Shown in pieces: positions 25,501 through 38,652 of a DNA stretch of 64,000 nt. The stretch comes from Phoronis australis (lineage: Eukaryota; Animalia; Phoronida). The notes under the pieces were generated by a model. It made no database searches. It was not told where the DNA came from and saw only the letters and a program-made list of their open reading frames with translations. The position numbers and the translations under genes are program-made. Positions within the stretch are counted from its first letter, which is position 1; each line of letters starts with the position of its first letter. Location of the stretch: NCBI GenBank assembly GCA_002633005.1, contig NMRA01000009.1, forward strand, positions 1,163,169 to 1,227,168, given 5' to 3'.

Positions 25501-28500
25501 TCCAAAAGGAACTCAGACTGGAATTAATTTTCTTTCTTTTTTGAGTTTTTAGATCATTAGCAAATCAGGATATTTTTTTGATTGCTAGTATTGGTGTGCC
25601 CTAACTGTTGAGCTGCAGCCTCCCAATCAAAAATAAAATTCCACTGCGCCACTTTCTTGGGTCCTTGAGTAAGGTTTCTCCACAATTCACTTTGCATGGC
25701 TTGTATTAATTTTACATCGTTTTAACCTGTTTTTTATTGCTTGTAAAGTTATATTTTAAGCCAATCATATATATGTTAAACTGGCATTTGTGAAGACTGT
25801 TAAGGATGCTTCAATCAGATTTTTGAAAGTGAAGGATAGGTTATATTAGTTAGCATATGGATTGTTCTTCTGCTGCGTTCCTAGCCATGCAGTTTTTATT
25901 CTTTAGTCTGGTCTTCTGGGCAAAGTCTTTGTTCATTGGAGGGACACTGGTGGATCCCACAATTGTTCTTGAAGCTCCACTGGACTGGGCTGTGTCTGGC
26001 ACCTTTGGGTGTCAAATGTAAGACACTTCTGTATGATGTGGTTTGGTGTCTGACGGTCAGTGCCAAGTGGGCACTTATCTGTGTGAGAAATTTTCAGGCG
26101 ATATAGATGAGAAAAGAGTTGATGGTGTCCAGTTCTCAGCCTGAAGATGGTGACGTGTTGTTTGTATAGTTGGTAGATATTGTCTTCTTCAGGTAGCTTT
26201 TGAAGTTTCTTTTTGTAAATTTCAGATTCAATGCGGGCTTTACCGAAGGTCATGTTATGAGTGGTCATACAAGATTCGTCTCAAGTGTCTGTTACATGCC
26301 TCCATCTGACAAATATGTTCACGGCGTCATTGTTACAGGAAGTAGTGATTCAAACATTCTCGGCTTCACTCTTGAGTCACCTTTGCCTGTATTTAAGCTG
26401 GAGGGACATTCCGACAATGGTGAGTCAACAGTGTAAGATTTTGACAACTTCAGCAAGGTCTCCAGTGGTTACTCAGTCAGTTAGAAAATACGCAATCCAT
26501 AGTACAAAACTGGAATTAAAATATTATTTGGTGTTCACATATGTTTGAATCTTGGTTCGTTCAGATTCCTTAGTTTTTCATTGTCATTTGCATAATAATG
26601 TAACCAAATGTTGGTTTGTTTGTATATGCTGCAGGTTATTTATGTATACAACAATTTTGAGGTGCATAGTCTATTACATCAACACCAGAGCAAATAAAAT
26701 CATTGGGGCTGCATTAAAAACAGTAGTCAAAGTAATATTGTTTTTTCCATATTAAATAAAAAAGGTTATATCTCATGCAGGAATTTTGTCTACCTTAATA
26801 AGTTTGATAGTCTTATCTGCACACCAACCAAAATAATATAACTTCTTCTGCAGCACAACAAACGTATCTAGTGTCGTATATTCCATGCACTGTTTATGCA
26901 TAACATTTGTTTACAGTATGTGCATTAGCCTGTGGCAAGTTCGGTACTTTGCTCAGTGGTTCGTGGGACACCACTGCCAAAGTATGGGTTGGAGGGAAGG
27001 AAGTGATGTCCTTGAATGGTCACAGTCTAGCAGTGTGGGCTGTAGCAATGATGCCAGAAGGTGGACGTATGCTCACTGCGTCTGCAGACAAAACTGTAAA
27101 AATGTGGAAAGCAGGAAAACTGGAAAAAACATTCACAGGTAGATGAATCGTGGTGTCTTGTTTTGTGCAATAATTTTTAAACTTATAATATTTATCTTGA
27201 AATTTTTGAAGACTTGACAGACCTTAGTGAGAAATGCCTGAATATGTAATTTAGTCATTTATGGATTTCTGTAGTTATATTCTGTGCTATTACTGATTTG
27301 AGCTGGCTAGTTATTGATTGAATTCTCCTCTTTCTTGGAGCTAGAGAAGTACATTGCATGACTGCATACTATTCAAAAAGTCAGGTATTCCTGGTTTTAT
27401 TAATAACGTAATAATAATACTTTGTGCATTCAGCACCGATATTTACCTTTTATGCGTCCACAGTACATATTGCCACATCTCTGTTTGACCATCCAGTGTC
27501 TGGCGTCTTCTACTGTATTGCTTAAGCCCCTTGCAGGATTTTGATGAGACTTGGCAGATGTGTTCAATTGTGACACTGGTGGCGACTAGGAGATGAGGGG
27601 TATTTTCCCCTCACCTAAAAATCCCCTCAGGTATTTTTCCTCCTCAGGTGAGCAAGGGGGCTGGACTTGTACATTTGTCTGTGACGAAACTGGACAAGTG
27701 CTTGACTTGTGTGTTGCATTAAAAGAATGAAAGTGTTGCTGTGGTGCATCGTGACTGGCCTGGTGTATCATGACTGGCCTATTGCATGTGACAGTGAATG
27801 TATGGGAATAGATGACAATGATGACAGCAAAAACAATGACGTCTTTGGGAGTTTGATAAATGCCAAAAAATATTTCTGTTTGTGTCACTTATACAAGCAT
27901 CAAAATGTCCTGTCCAATTTTTTTTTTTCTTCCTGTTAGGTCATGCTGACTGCGTACGAGGTCTGGCTGTGTTGAATGCTACGGACTTCCTGTCCTGTTC
28001 GAATGACGCCACTATACGTCGCTGGACCATCATCACTGGTCAGTGCGTTCAAACATTTCATGGACACACCAACTTTGTGTACAGTATATCTGTGATGCCT
28101 GATGGTAGCTTTGTCACCTCAGGGGAGGATAGGACAGTCCGTGTGTGGCAAGATGGACAGTGCAGTCAAACCATCAGCCATCCAACACAGAGTATTTGGT
28201 CTGTGTGTTGCATGGACAATGGAGATATTGTCACTGGAGCAAGGTATGGGTCACTCTGTGTGTTGTACAATGTAGGCATTGAAACACTCTACTATGTGCT
28301 GTACAATGTAGGTATAGAAACACTCTACTGTGTGCTGTACAATGTAGGTATTGAAACACTCTACTGTGTGTTGAACAGTGTAGGTAATGACACACTTTAG
28401 AGTATGATTCTTTTAAGCTCATTTTTTCTTTTTACATTAACTGATATCAAGAGACATTACTTGTAAGCCTCTCAAACCAATAGCGTTGATGTCAAAGGGA

Positions 28501-31500
28501 CTAGGTCATAAGCATGAATTTGTGAAGCATTTTTTGACTTGTAAATGCTGTAGATGTGCTTTAGAACTAAAGACTATTACGTAACAGACGTAAGCCCGCA
28601 GACAGTTGGTGCCAAACACTTATTCTAGGGTCAATGTTCCCCGCTGTGTTTGCTGATCTTCTATAGCATAGCCTTGTTACTTAGGCTCCTTTATGCAAGA
28701 ACATGCCTAGACCTCAAATACCTGGTTGCCAGTTGGCTGACTAAGAAAATGAAATCGCCTAGCCCAAATTTAAGATGCCCAGTTTTTTAATTAGCGTGCT
28801 TCTGAGAACTGGTTACATGTTGACACAGCGGGCGAAGTTGCTGTCAAAGGTTGATGAAATATTGTTTCTTTATTGGGCAGATGTCGCCAGGTTTCTTTCT
28901 TGTCTTGTGAGTTTGCTTTTCACACGCAGGGAGATTCTTCACCACACTGACGATACATTGATCATGATCTATAGGTTTTAAAAATTGCGATGAAAGATGG
29001 GTTTTCAAAATATAAACTTGTTGCACAGAACGAATGGTTCGTGGCTATCAGAAGATTTGGAATGTGCCATTTGAACATGACTGCACTGAGAACTCACTTA
29101 TTTGGATGCCAAGTTACTGAATCAGACACATCAGTAAACACGACTCAAATTTTAGTTTCCATGCCTTTACCGTTATGAAAATAACCAAAACAAAGGTATT
29201 TCAGAAACCTGGCCAAGTGGCTTAGTGTATCCGTCATGTTTAACTACAAAAGTCTACTCTGCAATGTGTACTTCAAGCAGTGCAATAGGCAATGGTTTAA
29301 CTCCACTTCAAAGAGGTTAAATTTGGCAGTGAATTAGTGGCTTCTGGAAATCCCGATTAGGAAGTGCAAGCTCTTTCCCTTCATTTGAGCGAGGCCGCTG
29401 GTTCTGATAAGTATGGGAACTCCATGTGCCTGACTTGCACTCTCATGTTGGATTAGGCTACTATTGGTCAGGGATAAGTTCTCATGGTCAAGTTTGTGCT
29501 GAGTCAATTGTAGTGTTTACTTTGTTACTTTTATCTGCTTGTTTCTTGACCCCTGCGTATGGGTAGCATGACCTGTTGTACACTAATTTTCATAGGATGT
29601 ATGGACTGTGCATTCTTGACTTTAAACTTGTCCTGCACTCTATCATGCACTTGGAGAGTAATGCTCGAAATGCTTGTTTTTTAATACAATTTGTTGATAC
29701 TTTACTCTGAGTTTATACAATTTTTCTTGGTTTTTATTGTCAGTAATTGCTTTTAACATCTCAGTTTGTGCCAACTTTCTTGTGTCAATGCTTGCCTGTC
29801 TTGTTTCGGTGGTAATTGCTTACGTTAGACTATATGTTTACATAGTGATGCTGTAATCCGCGTTTTCACCCGTGATCCTTCGAGAATGGCCAGCGAAGAT
29901 GAACAGGCTCAGTACAATGAACAGGTAGCTGCATCAGAGATCCCCCAGCAGGTGGGGGACATCAAGATACAGGACCTGCCTGGACCTGAGGCACTACTTC
30001 GGCCAGGTTAGTTACATGGTAGTTGACTGTGACCTTGACTTTTGTGGACCTGAAGTCATTTGGCTGCTGTCTATAAGGTGGGCCTGTCTGGACTGGTGGT
30101 ATTGTGAGTCACTTAGTAACCAACCATGAACTAGATTTATCTGGAAATGAGGCACTGCTCAGACATGGCAGTGATCTGTCCCAGGTAGTGTCCTTATGGC
30201 TTCTCTACATGCCTTTCAGTCAATGTTCAGTTTGCCTGATCATCTCACATTTGTAGTAGACCCTTTAGTCATGTCATGCCATGGGTGTGTTGTGGTCTTT
30301 TAGTCAAAATCGTTTTTAGTTCCTTCTTAGCTTACCATTTAAGTTTAATTTAAGAATGTAATTTGAAATGCTGTGCAGAGAGTGGTATAGATTTTGTGTC
30401 TTGCAAAATGCAAAGTTATTGTTAGATTTGTTGCTGTGGTAGGTTTTGTTGTTATTGTGTTGAAAATGGTGTTAAAGCGGCATTACACCCATGCTAGTCT
30501 TTCTTCTTAATCAGTTTAGAAATGATCTCTGGGTTCAGGATGAAATGACAGTTATTTCTTCAGAACAAACCGTGAGATTGGTCTGAAGAAATAACCAACT
30601 CTCAGTTCTTTCTAAGCCTCGAAGTCACTTCCAATTCGACTAAGGAACAATTAGAGACCAATTTCATAAGAGCTGGGTCAAAAGGTGAATTTTTGAGGGA
30701 AATCAGATTTACAGCCAGTTTGTACATTTGAAGGTTACATTTTTAATGTCCCACGCAGTGCTAGTTATGTCAAGCTGATGTAACTTCGAGCTGGAATAAA
30801 TCCAGTTAGCAGCGGCGAGTCTTCCCGTTGGAGCAATCTTTCGTCTCAATTTGAGCCGTGATTTTATAGTGTGCACGGTAAAAATTCTCCAGTTTGGGAC
30901 AGTGATAAATTAATTATTTTGCTCAAGGTTGGAGCTTGTCCCAAATGCTAGAAATAGGCAATATAAGCCTTCCCAAATTCAAGAATCACAGGAAGGATGG
31001 CAAATTACCCACTCTGTAGATTGAAAACATAATCCAAAATTTGAGAAATATGGCGAATGCTAAAATCGCAATTGTCCAAAATTCCAGAGTCAAGAAATTT
31101 CAATCTTGTCATGTGGGAGTTTCCGTGTCCCAATTTCAAACATGATTTTCAAAGATGGCAATCTATGTGGCTTTAAATATAGTGTAGAGAATGTTGACCA
31201 AGACCACAGCACATTACTATGTTTACGAAGACTGAAGTGTGCTGCTCAAACTATTTCTAGGTAAGACTGATGGCCAAGTGTTAACCATCCGTAACCTGAG
31301 TAAGGTGGAAGCACATCAGTGGAGTGGAGCTGAGAAAAAGTGGGTCAAAATGGGCGATGTTGTGGGATCTTCTGGGGGTTCACAGGCCACTTCTGGAAAG
31401 ATGCTATATGAGGGGAAGGTGAGTACCTTAGGATACCCCTCCCCCCCGTGTTTATTGTCATTTGACTTTTTGTCCTGCCGATTGTATGCGCTGGAAATTT

Positions 31501-34500
31501 GTGGTACCTGTGATCAAATTTACCCTGACTTATACCTTTATTGCTTGGTTGTCACATAATGTGGACTTATGTATTTCGTTTACACTGAATAGAAAATCTG
31601 AGGTCTGGTTGTCTGACTGTGTTAAAAGTGAAAAGAATGTGTCTATGTTGAGGACTGGATGCTATTTGTTGACAATCAACAGGAAAAAATCCATGATTTA
31701 ATGATAGATTATCACCTGTTCACTGACTTATTCATATGTTTTTCCTATGGTGAGTGAAATCATAAATGCACCAATGTCATTTGCTTTGCTGCAGGAGTAT
31801 GACTATGTGTTTGACATTGATGTGGAGGATGGAAAGCCTCCACTGAAACTGCCTTACAACCTGACTGAAGACCCTTGGTTCACTGCTCAGACATTCATTC
31901 ACAAGAACAACCTGAGTCAGCTGTTCCTTGATCAGATAGCCAACTTCATCACTGAGAACACCAAGTCCGCAACACTGAATCAGGTGCCAGCCTCCGGGGC
32001 TGCTGATCCATTCACAGGTATGACAAAAATGTGTATGAACTTGACACTGCTGTAAACCCGCTCATGGTCAAACAAGAAATTTATATTGAGGCGTTTTACC
32101 GCACCGTTATAAAATTTGTCTCAACTTGTCCAGTAGTTGGAGTAGATGTGATTTCTGGGATCGTGAAGAAGTGATAGTATGTTATGCTCAGAACACCAGG
32201 GCTTGGAATTTTCCTTTTAAGAGTATTTCCACTTTTTTAGTTTCGATTTCCTCTTTCTTGATTTCCAGTTTCCTCTTTTCGTCTCTTTTTTTACCATTAT
32301 TTGGACTTTATTCACGTAAAAACGTTCCTTGCAGTTAAATTTTACAACACAAAAATATTTCTATCACACAAGCCTAGTATTTATTTGTGGAACTCTGCGT
32401 CACCTGAAAAATTTTTCTCTTTTTTGTCATTGGTCATTCCAAGCCCTGGTACACTGAATGTCTTGTCGATGTTAGTGATTGAGCTTGCTCTGTAGCAATA
32501 TCAAGTGCCAGTTTTCCTATATTCTGAAGTCATTTGCATTCTGAGTATGGAGCAATTTAAGCAGTTTTATCGCTACTGCTGGTCTAATTCAAACCTTTAT
32601 TTTGCTCGAAGGCGGATTCATAACAGGTTTATGCTTAAAGTTGTGATCTCCTTACCCATGTTTTCTGTAACAACATGCCAATCAGGTTCATCACGGATGT
32701 AAAACAAATGTTTCAGGAAAGCACAGATCACACACATCTGTCTTTTGTTATTCCAGCTTAAGACACTGTTAGTACAACATTTATGCGTCGCTTTCGTGGG
32801 TTAGTGCCTAGCTTAAAGCATTATAGCTAGAGAGTAAAGAAACAGCAACATAGCAACACAATCACTTATTTGTCCAGCATGCACTACTCCCTGCTGGAGA
32901 TAATCATAACTACACATTGTTGATATCCAGCACAACTTCTGTGTAATTGCCATGGTTTGCACAACCTGGAAAAGCATTGGGAAGGCATTCTGGAAAAGTC
33001 ATGGAATTCAGTTTCACATGGAAAAGTTTTTAAAATGGGAAAAACGCTTTAAATCACATGTAATTTGGCAATTCGCCAGTGTATAAATTTATTATGTGCA
33101 GTTTTGAGAAAAATGTTGTGTCTATCATATGTTGCAAAAGTCGGTAAAAAAGTTGCATGTGTGCAACAATTTTCCGAAAGTTACAAGGGTGTCAATGTGC
33201 TTTGTGTTGATGAAAAACATGAAGTACATACGTCTTTTGGCCATACCAGCCTCCAATATTTAACTTTATGTTTTGTTGTACCCTACTATCATGTATTAAC
33301 TTAGAACATGAAAATACCACATTTTTGTCCTGTCCTAAAAACACTATTTTAAATGCTCAAATCATGTCTGTATGGTGTTGTCCACAGGTGGAAATCGTTA
33401 CCAGCCTGGTGCAGGGGTACCCTTTCCCACTAATGCCAGTGCTGACGCCTCAGACCCCTTCACTGGTGCTGGCCGTTATGTTCCTGGGGCAGGCTCCTCT
33501 TTCCCTACCAACACAGCAGGTGGCAGTGACCCCCTGACTGGCTCTGGTCGCTATGTTCCCAGTTCAGGTAAGTCTTGTCTGGCTAACTCTGCACCGAGGT
33601 CTGACTTCTGACCTCAAACTATGTAAGCCCACGCTATACTCTGGTCTCTGATTTCCCTGACTCTGGTCATTAGGAATATCTCTAGATAATAGGATTTATG
33701 TTTAGTTAACCCTGACTTCATGATTTTTTCCTATTAGTAAATCTACAGTTCAAGTTTGCAGTATGGAGCAGATCAGACATTAGTCTGTGACCAACTACCA
33801 AGCTCCGCCCATCTGACTCTCTCTGGATTTACTTTTTTCCTCAGAGCAGTTGTGTACACAATAAACTCAAACAAAGCTCTCACTACTGGCTCTGGACAAT
33901 GCAGCTAGAAAAAAGCATGTGAGAAATCGGCAAATTGTAGCAAAATGTATATGACAAACACACTTAATCTCATTAAGACAGATGATTGGTGCCTGAAATG
34001 TGTTCAAGAATTAACCCAATGGAAAACTAAGTCTTGTCTTACAGCAACAGTTTAATTACTTTGGTGTTTTATTGTAATAGTCCAAAATTTTAATGTATTG
34101 AATTAATAAACATAGCCATAGAAAACCAATCTTGCTTTCATTTTGCAGCAGCTGAGGTACCGAAGACCAACTCATTTTACCCCAAGACTACGGTCTTGAC
34201 ATTTGACTCTTGTAATTCAGCTGCTCTCTTAGGTAAGTCATAGTTTGTGGCTGTCTTTACTGATCACATAGTCTTTGATAATCTGGTCATAAAATGCAAT
34301 ATAAGACATATGTTTTATCAAAAGCTATATTTCTCCCTGTTTAGCTGGTTAAAAAACAAAAAGACCTTTTATTCTCATAAATGATGAGATTTGATTTTCG
34401 TTACCAACAAGAACTTCAAAAACCATCGCACATGTCATGTGACTTGAGTTGGTAACGGAAATTGAGTCTTGTCATAGTAAGGAATATTATAACAAAGATT

Positions 34501-36367
34501 TTATGAGAGTTAACGGCCTATTATAATTCGATTTTAGTCAGCTGAACAGTACAAAATACTTAAACATTCTCCTAAAAGTTCATTCGTATCTCCTGAGTAA
34601 TGTGATACTATTTCAAATCGGAGACTATTGGAATGAGACCTCAGTGCTCCAGTCATTCTGCATCATATGATCTCCCACACCAGAGGCATGAAGAATTCAT
34701 AAAGACTGTTATGTAATCATGCTATTCATCTTTGTCTTGATAAACTTTCATGTCATTGCACTGTCATGGTTGTCTTACTCAGAACCAAAGAGTGGTGTTG
34801 TCAAAACTGTTACTAACAAGCTGTAAACACATCTTCCGTCGTAGAAATTTCAACTTTTGATGTAGACTGTTGAGGGCTTGGAATTTTCCTCTGTTAGAAG
34901 GATTTCCTCTTTTTTGATTTCGATTTCCTTTTATTAGATTCCCAGTTTCCACCAAAAAACAAAAATATTTCTATAACACAAGCCTATCTGTTAGTGGTGA
35001 GAAACATCACCTGGAAAATTTTCCTCTTTTTTGTCATGATTGTTCATTCCAAGCCCTGAAGGTTACTGCACTAAAATTAGTTAAATTCCCTATTCAACTG
35101 GGAACGATTGGCAATTTCTTCTTGCTCAAAACCGTGTTTGGTGCATAAAGTTATCTCCCATGTACATTGTCTCAACCAATAACAAACTGTTGGTTCTTCC
35201 AAACTTTAAACCCTGTCTTATATGATAAGTGACAAGTTGAGACCAGTATAATACTGAATGTTGTCTAAATGATAAGTATGTATAAAAATGAATATGTTCA
35301 CTTCTGGTTTTGTGGCAGACAAAGACTAAAATCAAGGTGAGATAGTTAACGCCACTATTATTAAAATCTCTTGGTCTATTTACACCGACCTCTTGTCTAT
35401 TTGTAAATAGACCAAGAGAATAGTAACACACCACCACTTCAGAGCGGTTTTAGAAAGTCATAGTTAACGCCAGTTCTACAAAAGAGGACTTTGTCAGAGT
35501 CCATTTACATTTGCAATTAGACTAAGATTTACGTCCCAGTAAAATACTAGTCTTTCATTTACTGACATCGTATTTTGTCATGATCAGTGTTCAATTGGAC
35601 AACACTAAGTGTTAACAGGTGCCAGGTACAAGAAGTTCAATGGAATGTTTTTTACTTAATTGTAGGTAAAGTGTCTGAGTTCAATGGTTGTATTAGCCCT
35701 CACCTGCAGTTGAATGATGGTGGCTTGATACAGCTAAAGACAATGTTGGAGAGCTCACAACACACAGAGGAACAGCTGATATTGTTGGACACATTGTTAC
35801 AGTGGCCAATAGGTGGGGCTGGTTGGTTTTGGCACGTCTGTTTTCTTTATGGGGTTTTTAAACTGTCGCCACAAAACGGGTTTTATTGTAACTTTCTTCT
35901 GTTCTCTTTAGGGGCTTACTAAGTATTTAATGCTGCATTTTGGCTTGTTGAGCGAGGTGAAAAAACAAAAATCAAAGTAGGCTTTTACTGTCATAAATTT
36001 GATTTCATGATATTGTTTAAGTTGATAGGATTCTATTTAGATTACCAATAGGAACATCAAAATCATCAGGTGTATGAGTTATTGTGTTTGTTAGCCAACC
36101 GCAAAATTGCGAATTCGAAAATGATTCATGCACGCATTGCCTATGACTGGAGCTGCTGGCTCATTTAGCAACAATTCAAGATTGGGTGAGCATGGTTGTG
36201 GTTCTAATCCCCAAAGTGCTTTAAGAATTCAACATTGACATCTTAATAGCCGCCAAATGCAGCTTTAAATAAAGCATGTTTGCAACAATGATTGGATTAT
36301 GTATGTAAATCACTTGGAAAGTGCTTGAAGTTAAATAATTTTGATATGCTCTCAAATCGTTATTGCA

Positions 36368-36407
<40 letters not shown>

Positions 36408-37237
36408 TGTGTGCGTGTGTGTGTTCGTGTGTGCGTAGTGTAGCGGTGTTTATTTTTTATTGTGACTATTGCATTGTTCATTAATTCAGATAGCATATGA
36501 AAAAATTAACATATAATATGTACCGGGGTTTTCCGTAGATAAACTATTGTTTGAGTCTAAAATGTTCCATTGGGATATTAGAAGAATGTTTGTATATACC
36601 GTGATTAAACTCCCTGTGTGGGTATAGCCCTTCACTCTTTGACATAATTTACCATTTATTTTCAGACAAGGTATTCCCTGCTCTAGACATTCTGCGCATG
36701 GTGGTCAGGAAAGGACCAAGTTGTGACAGATTTTGTTTGAAAAACGGTAAATCCTTCCTGGAGTACTTATTGCACTTCTTGAAGACTGGAAGCCCTGTAG
36801 CCTGTCAAATGTTGGTGTTGAGAACACTGTGTAACCTGTTTGGTCAGCAGAGTGGCCTACAGCTCATCTTAGAAAACAGAGACGACGTATTCACTACAGC
36901 TCTCCTATGCAAAGGAACAAACAATAAAAACATTCAGATTGCCCTTACAACAGTGTTGCTGAATTACGCTGTAGTCAGTGTGGGCAGTTCATCTGAGAAT
37001 GCTCCTAAGTCTCCTTGTCTGTCTGCTTTAAGTGTTCTTGCACAGCATGAAATGGATGCTGAGGCCATGTTCAGAGCACTGGTGTGTCTTGGAACACTTG
37101 TTCACAATGATGAGATCGCCACAGCTCTGGCTAACTCTCTTTGTCTGGACGCCTTTATATCTACAGCCAAAACTGTATCCACTCCGCCTAAGGTCAGTGA
37201 GTGCGCACGACACGTGGCCAGTGAACTTGGCTGCTGA
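22417..37237 (+). CDS. PLAA: Phospholipase A-2-activating protein (Doa1/Ufd3 orthologue; WD40-PFU-PUL), spliced CDS of 11 exons, ~794 aa
   Basis: Exons 22417-22556, 26226-26419, 26917-27138, 27940-28243, 29846-30006, 31261-31418, 31795-32017, 33388-33567, 34149-34232, 35666-35812, 36666-37237 are phase-consistent; WD40 repeats, [29 protein letters not shown], DPFTGxxRYxPG repeats, [24 protein letters not shown]. Confidence 0.96.
22824..23770. mobile_element. Foldback-type non-autonomous DNA transposon, ~270-bp TIRs, 9-bp TSD (AcademH- or MULE-like)
   Basis: taggcaatgacc... / ...ggtcattgccta near-identical arms; ccgtccacc at 22815-22823 and 23771-23779. Confidence 0.85.
23800..24478 (+). repeat. 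Dispersed repeat, second copy at 56180-56828 + 58303-58370
   Basis: Collinear matches, e.g. gacacaaaattagtgtcattaaaaa, gtcacctattggccagtttc, cccgtccggtctttagctttacat, cacacagtggtacctagctg. Confidence 0.85.
25862..26200 (-). mobile_element. 5'-truncated non-LTR retrotransposon 3' end (I/Nimb-like)
   Basis: [35 protein letters not shown] (decayed CCHC region) followed by gaacgcagcagaagaac tail. Confidence 0.7.
26226..26419 (+). CDS. PLAA: PLAA exon 2
   Basis: [13 protein letters not shown]...LEGHSDN; donor gtgagt. Confidence 0.92.
26917..27138 (+). CDS. PLAA: PLAA exon 3
   Basis: [18 protein letters not shown]...[14 protein letters not shown]. Confidence 0.93.
27940..28243 (+). CDS. PLAA: PLAA exon 4
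   Basis: [11 protein letters not shown]...[11 protein letters not shown]...NGDIVTGA; donor gtatgg. Confidence 0.93.
28254..28397. repeat. 36-bp tandem repeat, 4 copies, just 3' of PLAA exon 4
   Basis: gaaacactctactgtgtgctgtacaatgtaggtat. Confidence 0.9.
29846..30006 (+). CDS. PLAA: PLAA exon 5
   Basis: [17 protein letters not shown]...[17 protein letters not shown]; donor gttagt. Confidence 0.9.
30476..31172. mobile_element. Possible TTAA-flanked (Kolobok-like) non-autonomous element
   Basis: ttaa|agcggcat ... atgtggct|ttaa; internal 30885-30990 recurs at ~55080-55180. Confidence 0.35.
31261..31418 (+). CDS. PLAA: PLAA exon 6
   Basis: GKTDGQV...[26 protein letters not shown]; donor gtgagt. 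Confidence 0.92.
31795..32017 (+). CDS. PLAA: PLAA exon 7 (PFU domain)
   Basis: [22 protein letters not shown]...ADPFT; donor gtatga. Confidence 0.93.
32197..32448. mobile_element. hAT-like MITE (cagggcttggaat TIR), copy 1
   Basis: 13-bp TIR; sister copy at 34872-35058. Confidence 0.7.
33388..33567 (+). CDS. PLAA: PLAA exon 8
   Basis: GGNRYQPG...[12 protein letters not shown]...[13 protein letters not shown]; donor gtaagt. Confidence 0.9.
34149..34232 (+). CDS. PLAA: PLAA exon 9
   Basis: [28 protein letters not shown]; CAGCAG tandem acceptor; donor gtaagt. Confidence 0.85.
34872..35058. mobile_element. hAT-like MITE, copy 2 (internally shorter)
   Basis: agggcttggaattttcc ... cattccaagccctg. 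Confidence 0.7.
35666..35812 (+). CDS. PLAA: PLAA exon 10
   Basis: GKVSEFNG...[10 protein letters not shown]; donor gtgggg. Confidence 0.85.
36370..36434. repeat. (TG)n microsatellite
   Basis: Direct reading. Confidence 0.95.
36666..37237 (+). CDS. PLAA: PLAA terminal exon (PUL domain)
   Basis: [14 protein letters not shown]...[18 protein letters not shown]. Confidence 0.93.
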
Positions 37238-37315
37238 TGGAGATCACCAATAGAGGTCCCTGCATTCAAGTTACTGTAGCTGGTTAACTGACTGTTTTTT
37301 TCTCACTCTTTGAAT

Positions 37316-37321
37316 AATAAA
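37316..37321 (+). terminator. Candidate PLAA polyadenylation signal
   Basis: AATAAA ~80 nt after the stop codon. Confidence 0.4.
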
Positions 37322-38143
37322 TAGTGTACCTGTTTAAAATGTCTCCATTGGACTTATCTCTCACAATTTGTCAATGTGCGTATTATTCATTTTTTTAGAA
37401 TTCAGATCGATAGTTCTCATAAGCGAGTCGTAAATTCCATTCCTCAGTAGACACATAAAAATGTTGTTGTTAAAAATCAATACCTTACACGTAGACTCAT
37501 TCAATACAATATCTGTCATTTTCTATATGATGTTATGCTGTTTTTTTGAGTAGAGCTTGAGAAAAGTTTTTGTCCCCAAATCGGATCTTCCAGTTTTTTT
37601 TAAAGAATTTTAAGGAACTGGAATCATTTTTCAATAGTCTAAAACTGCAGAGCGTATGCATTGAAGATTAAATGTCTTTCCTCCACTGTGACCATTCACC
37701 AATAACTTCAGTGCACGTCATCTTCAAACGATCAACGATCCAGTGAATGGGAGTTGCGATGGGCATGATTGCCAAGGCTACAAGTGCCTATCCACATAGC
37801 TTTGGAATTTGACGGAATAGCCCAAGTATTTCACTTTATTCCAATACGTGGTTAATCTGCCAAAGGCGTTGCAAAAGCTGATATTGCTATAACATGTAGT
37901 GCGTAGTCATGGTAACATCGCACTGAAATGGATGAACTTTGTATCCAAGTTTATACGCATGTGCTTTAGCCTCGATATTGCAGATTCAAAAAATTTAGAA
38001 ATGTGTTTCATCACTTAGCTGTCAACACTTTGCTTAAACAATAACCAAACTTCTTTTTTAATGTATTCAAAGGACAGATCTATTGTTGCACTGTGTGTGG
38101 GTGACTTACCGGTAGTTAATGGAAATAGGCATGATATAGGATG

Positions 38144-38652
38144 CAGGGTTCGTACAGCACTTTCTAAGACATACTTTTCCTTTTATTTCTCTCGATTCCT
38201 ACTTTTTGAGAGTTAAAAAAGGGAAAATTCATACTTTCTTGATTTTTTTCCTACTTTCTTCACCACCGACTCCATAATTGTATTCTACATCATTCTGTAA
38301 ATTTTATGTATGAGATAGAAGATAACATTTAAATGTGCATTTATGTATCATTGGAATGTCAATCCTTAATCAAAAATACCAAAATGTCTTCATAACCAAT
38401 ACGAAATGAACATTTTGCAAAAAAATACACCCTTGTGCTCTTGGACTGATAGAAAGATGTTAATACAGATTCACAATAATTTTATAAGATTTGTAACTAA
38501 TTGGTCTTATTTTCGGTTCCAACCTTAGCAAATATTGATAATTAGTCAGCTATGTGTACTATTTGGCATTGACAGTAATTGTAAACTAAATATTAAGTAT
38601 CCCTATAATCAAAATGTTCCTACTTTTTCGCAAGTTGCATGTACGAACCCTG
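38144..38652. mobile_element. hAT-like MITE with 13-bp TIR
   Basis: cagggttcgtaca ... tgtacgaaccctg; no clear TSD. Confidence 0.65.

Noticed and set aside
33388-33567. Threefold DPFTGxxRYxPG repeat in PLAA
   Set aside because: Also present in vertebrate PLAA; not novel
33600-33900. Possible echo of PLAA exon 8 end (ctgact..ctctgg)
   Set aside because: Only short scattered matches; not distinguishable from chance by eye
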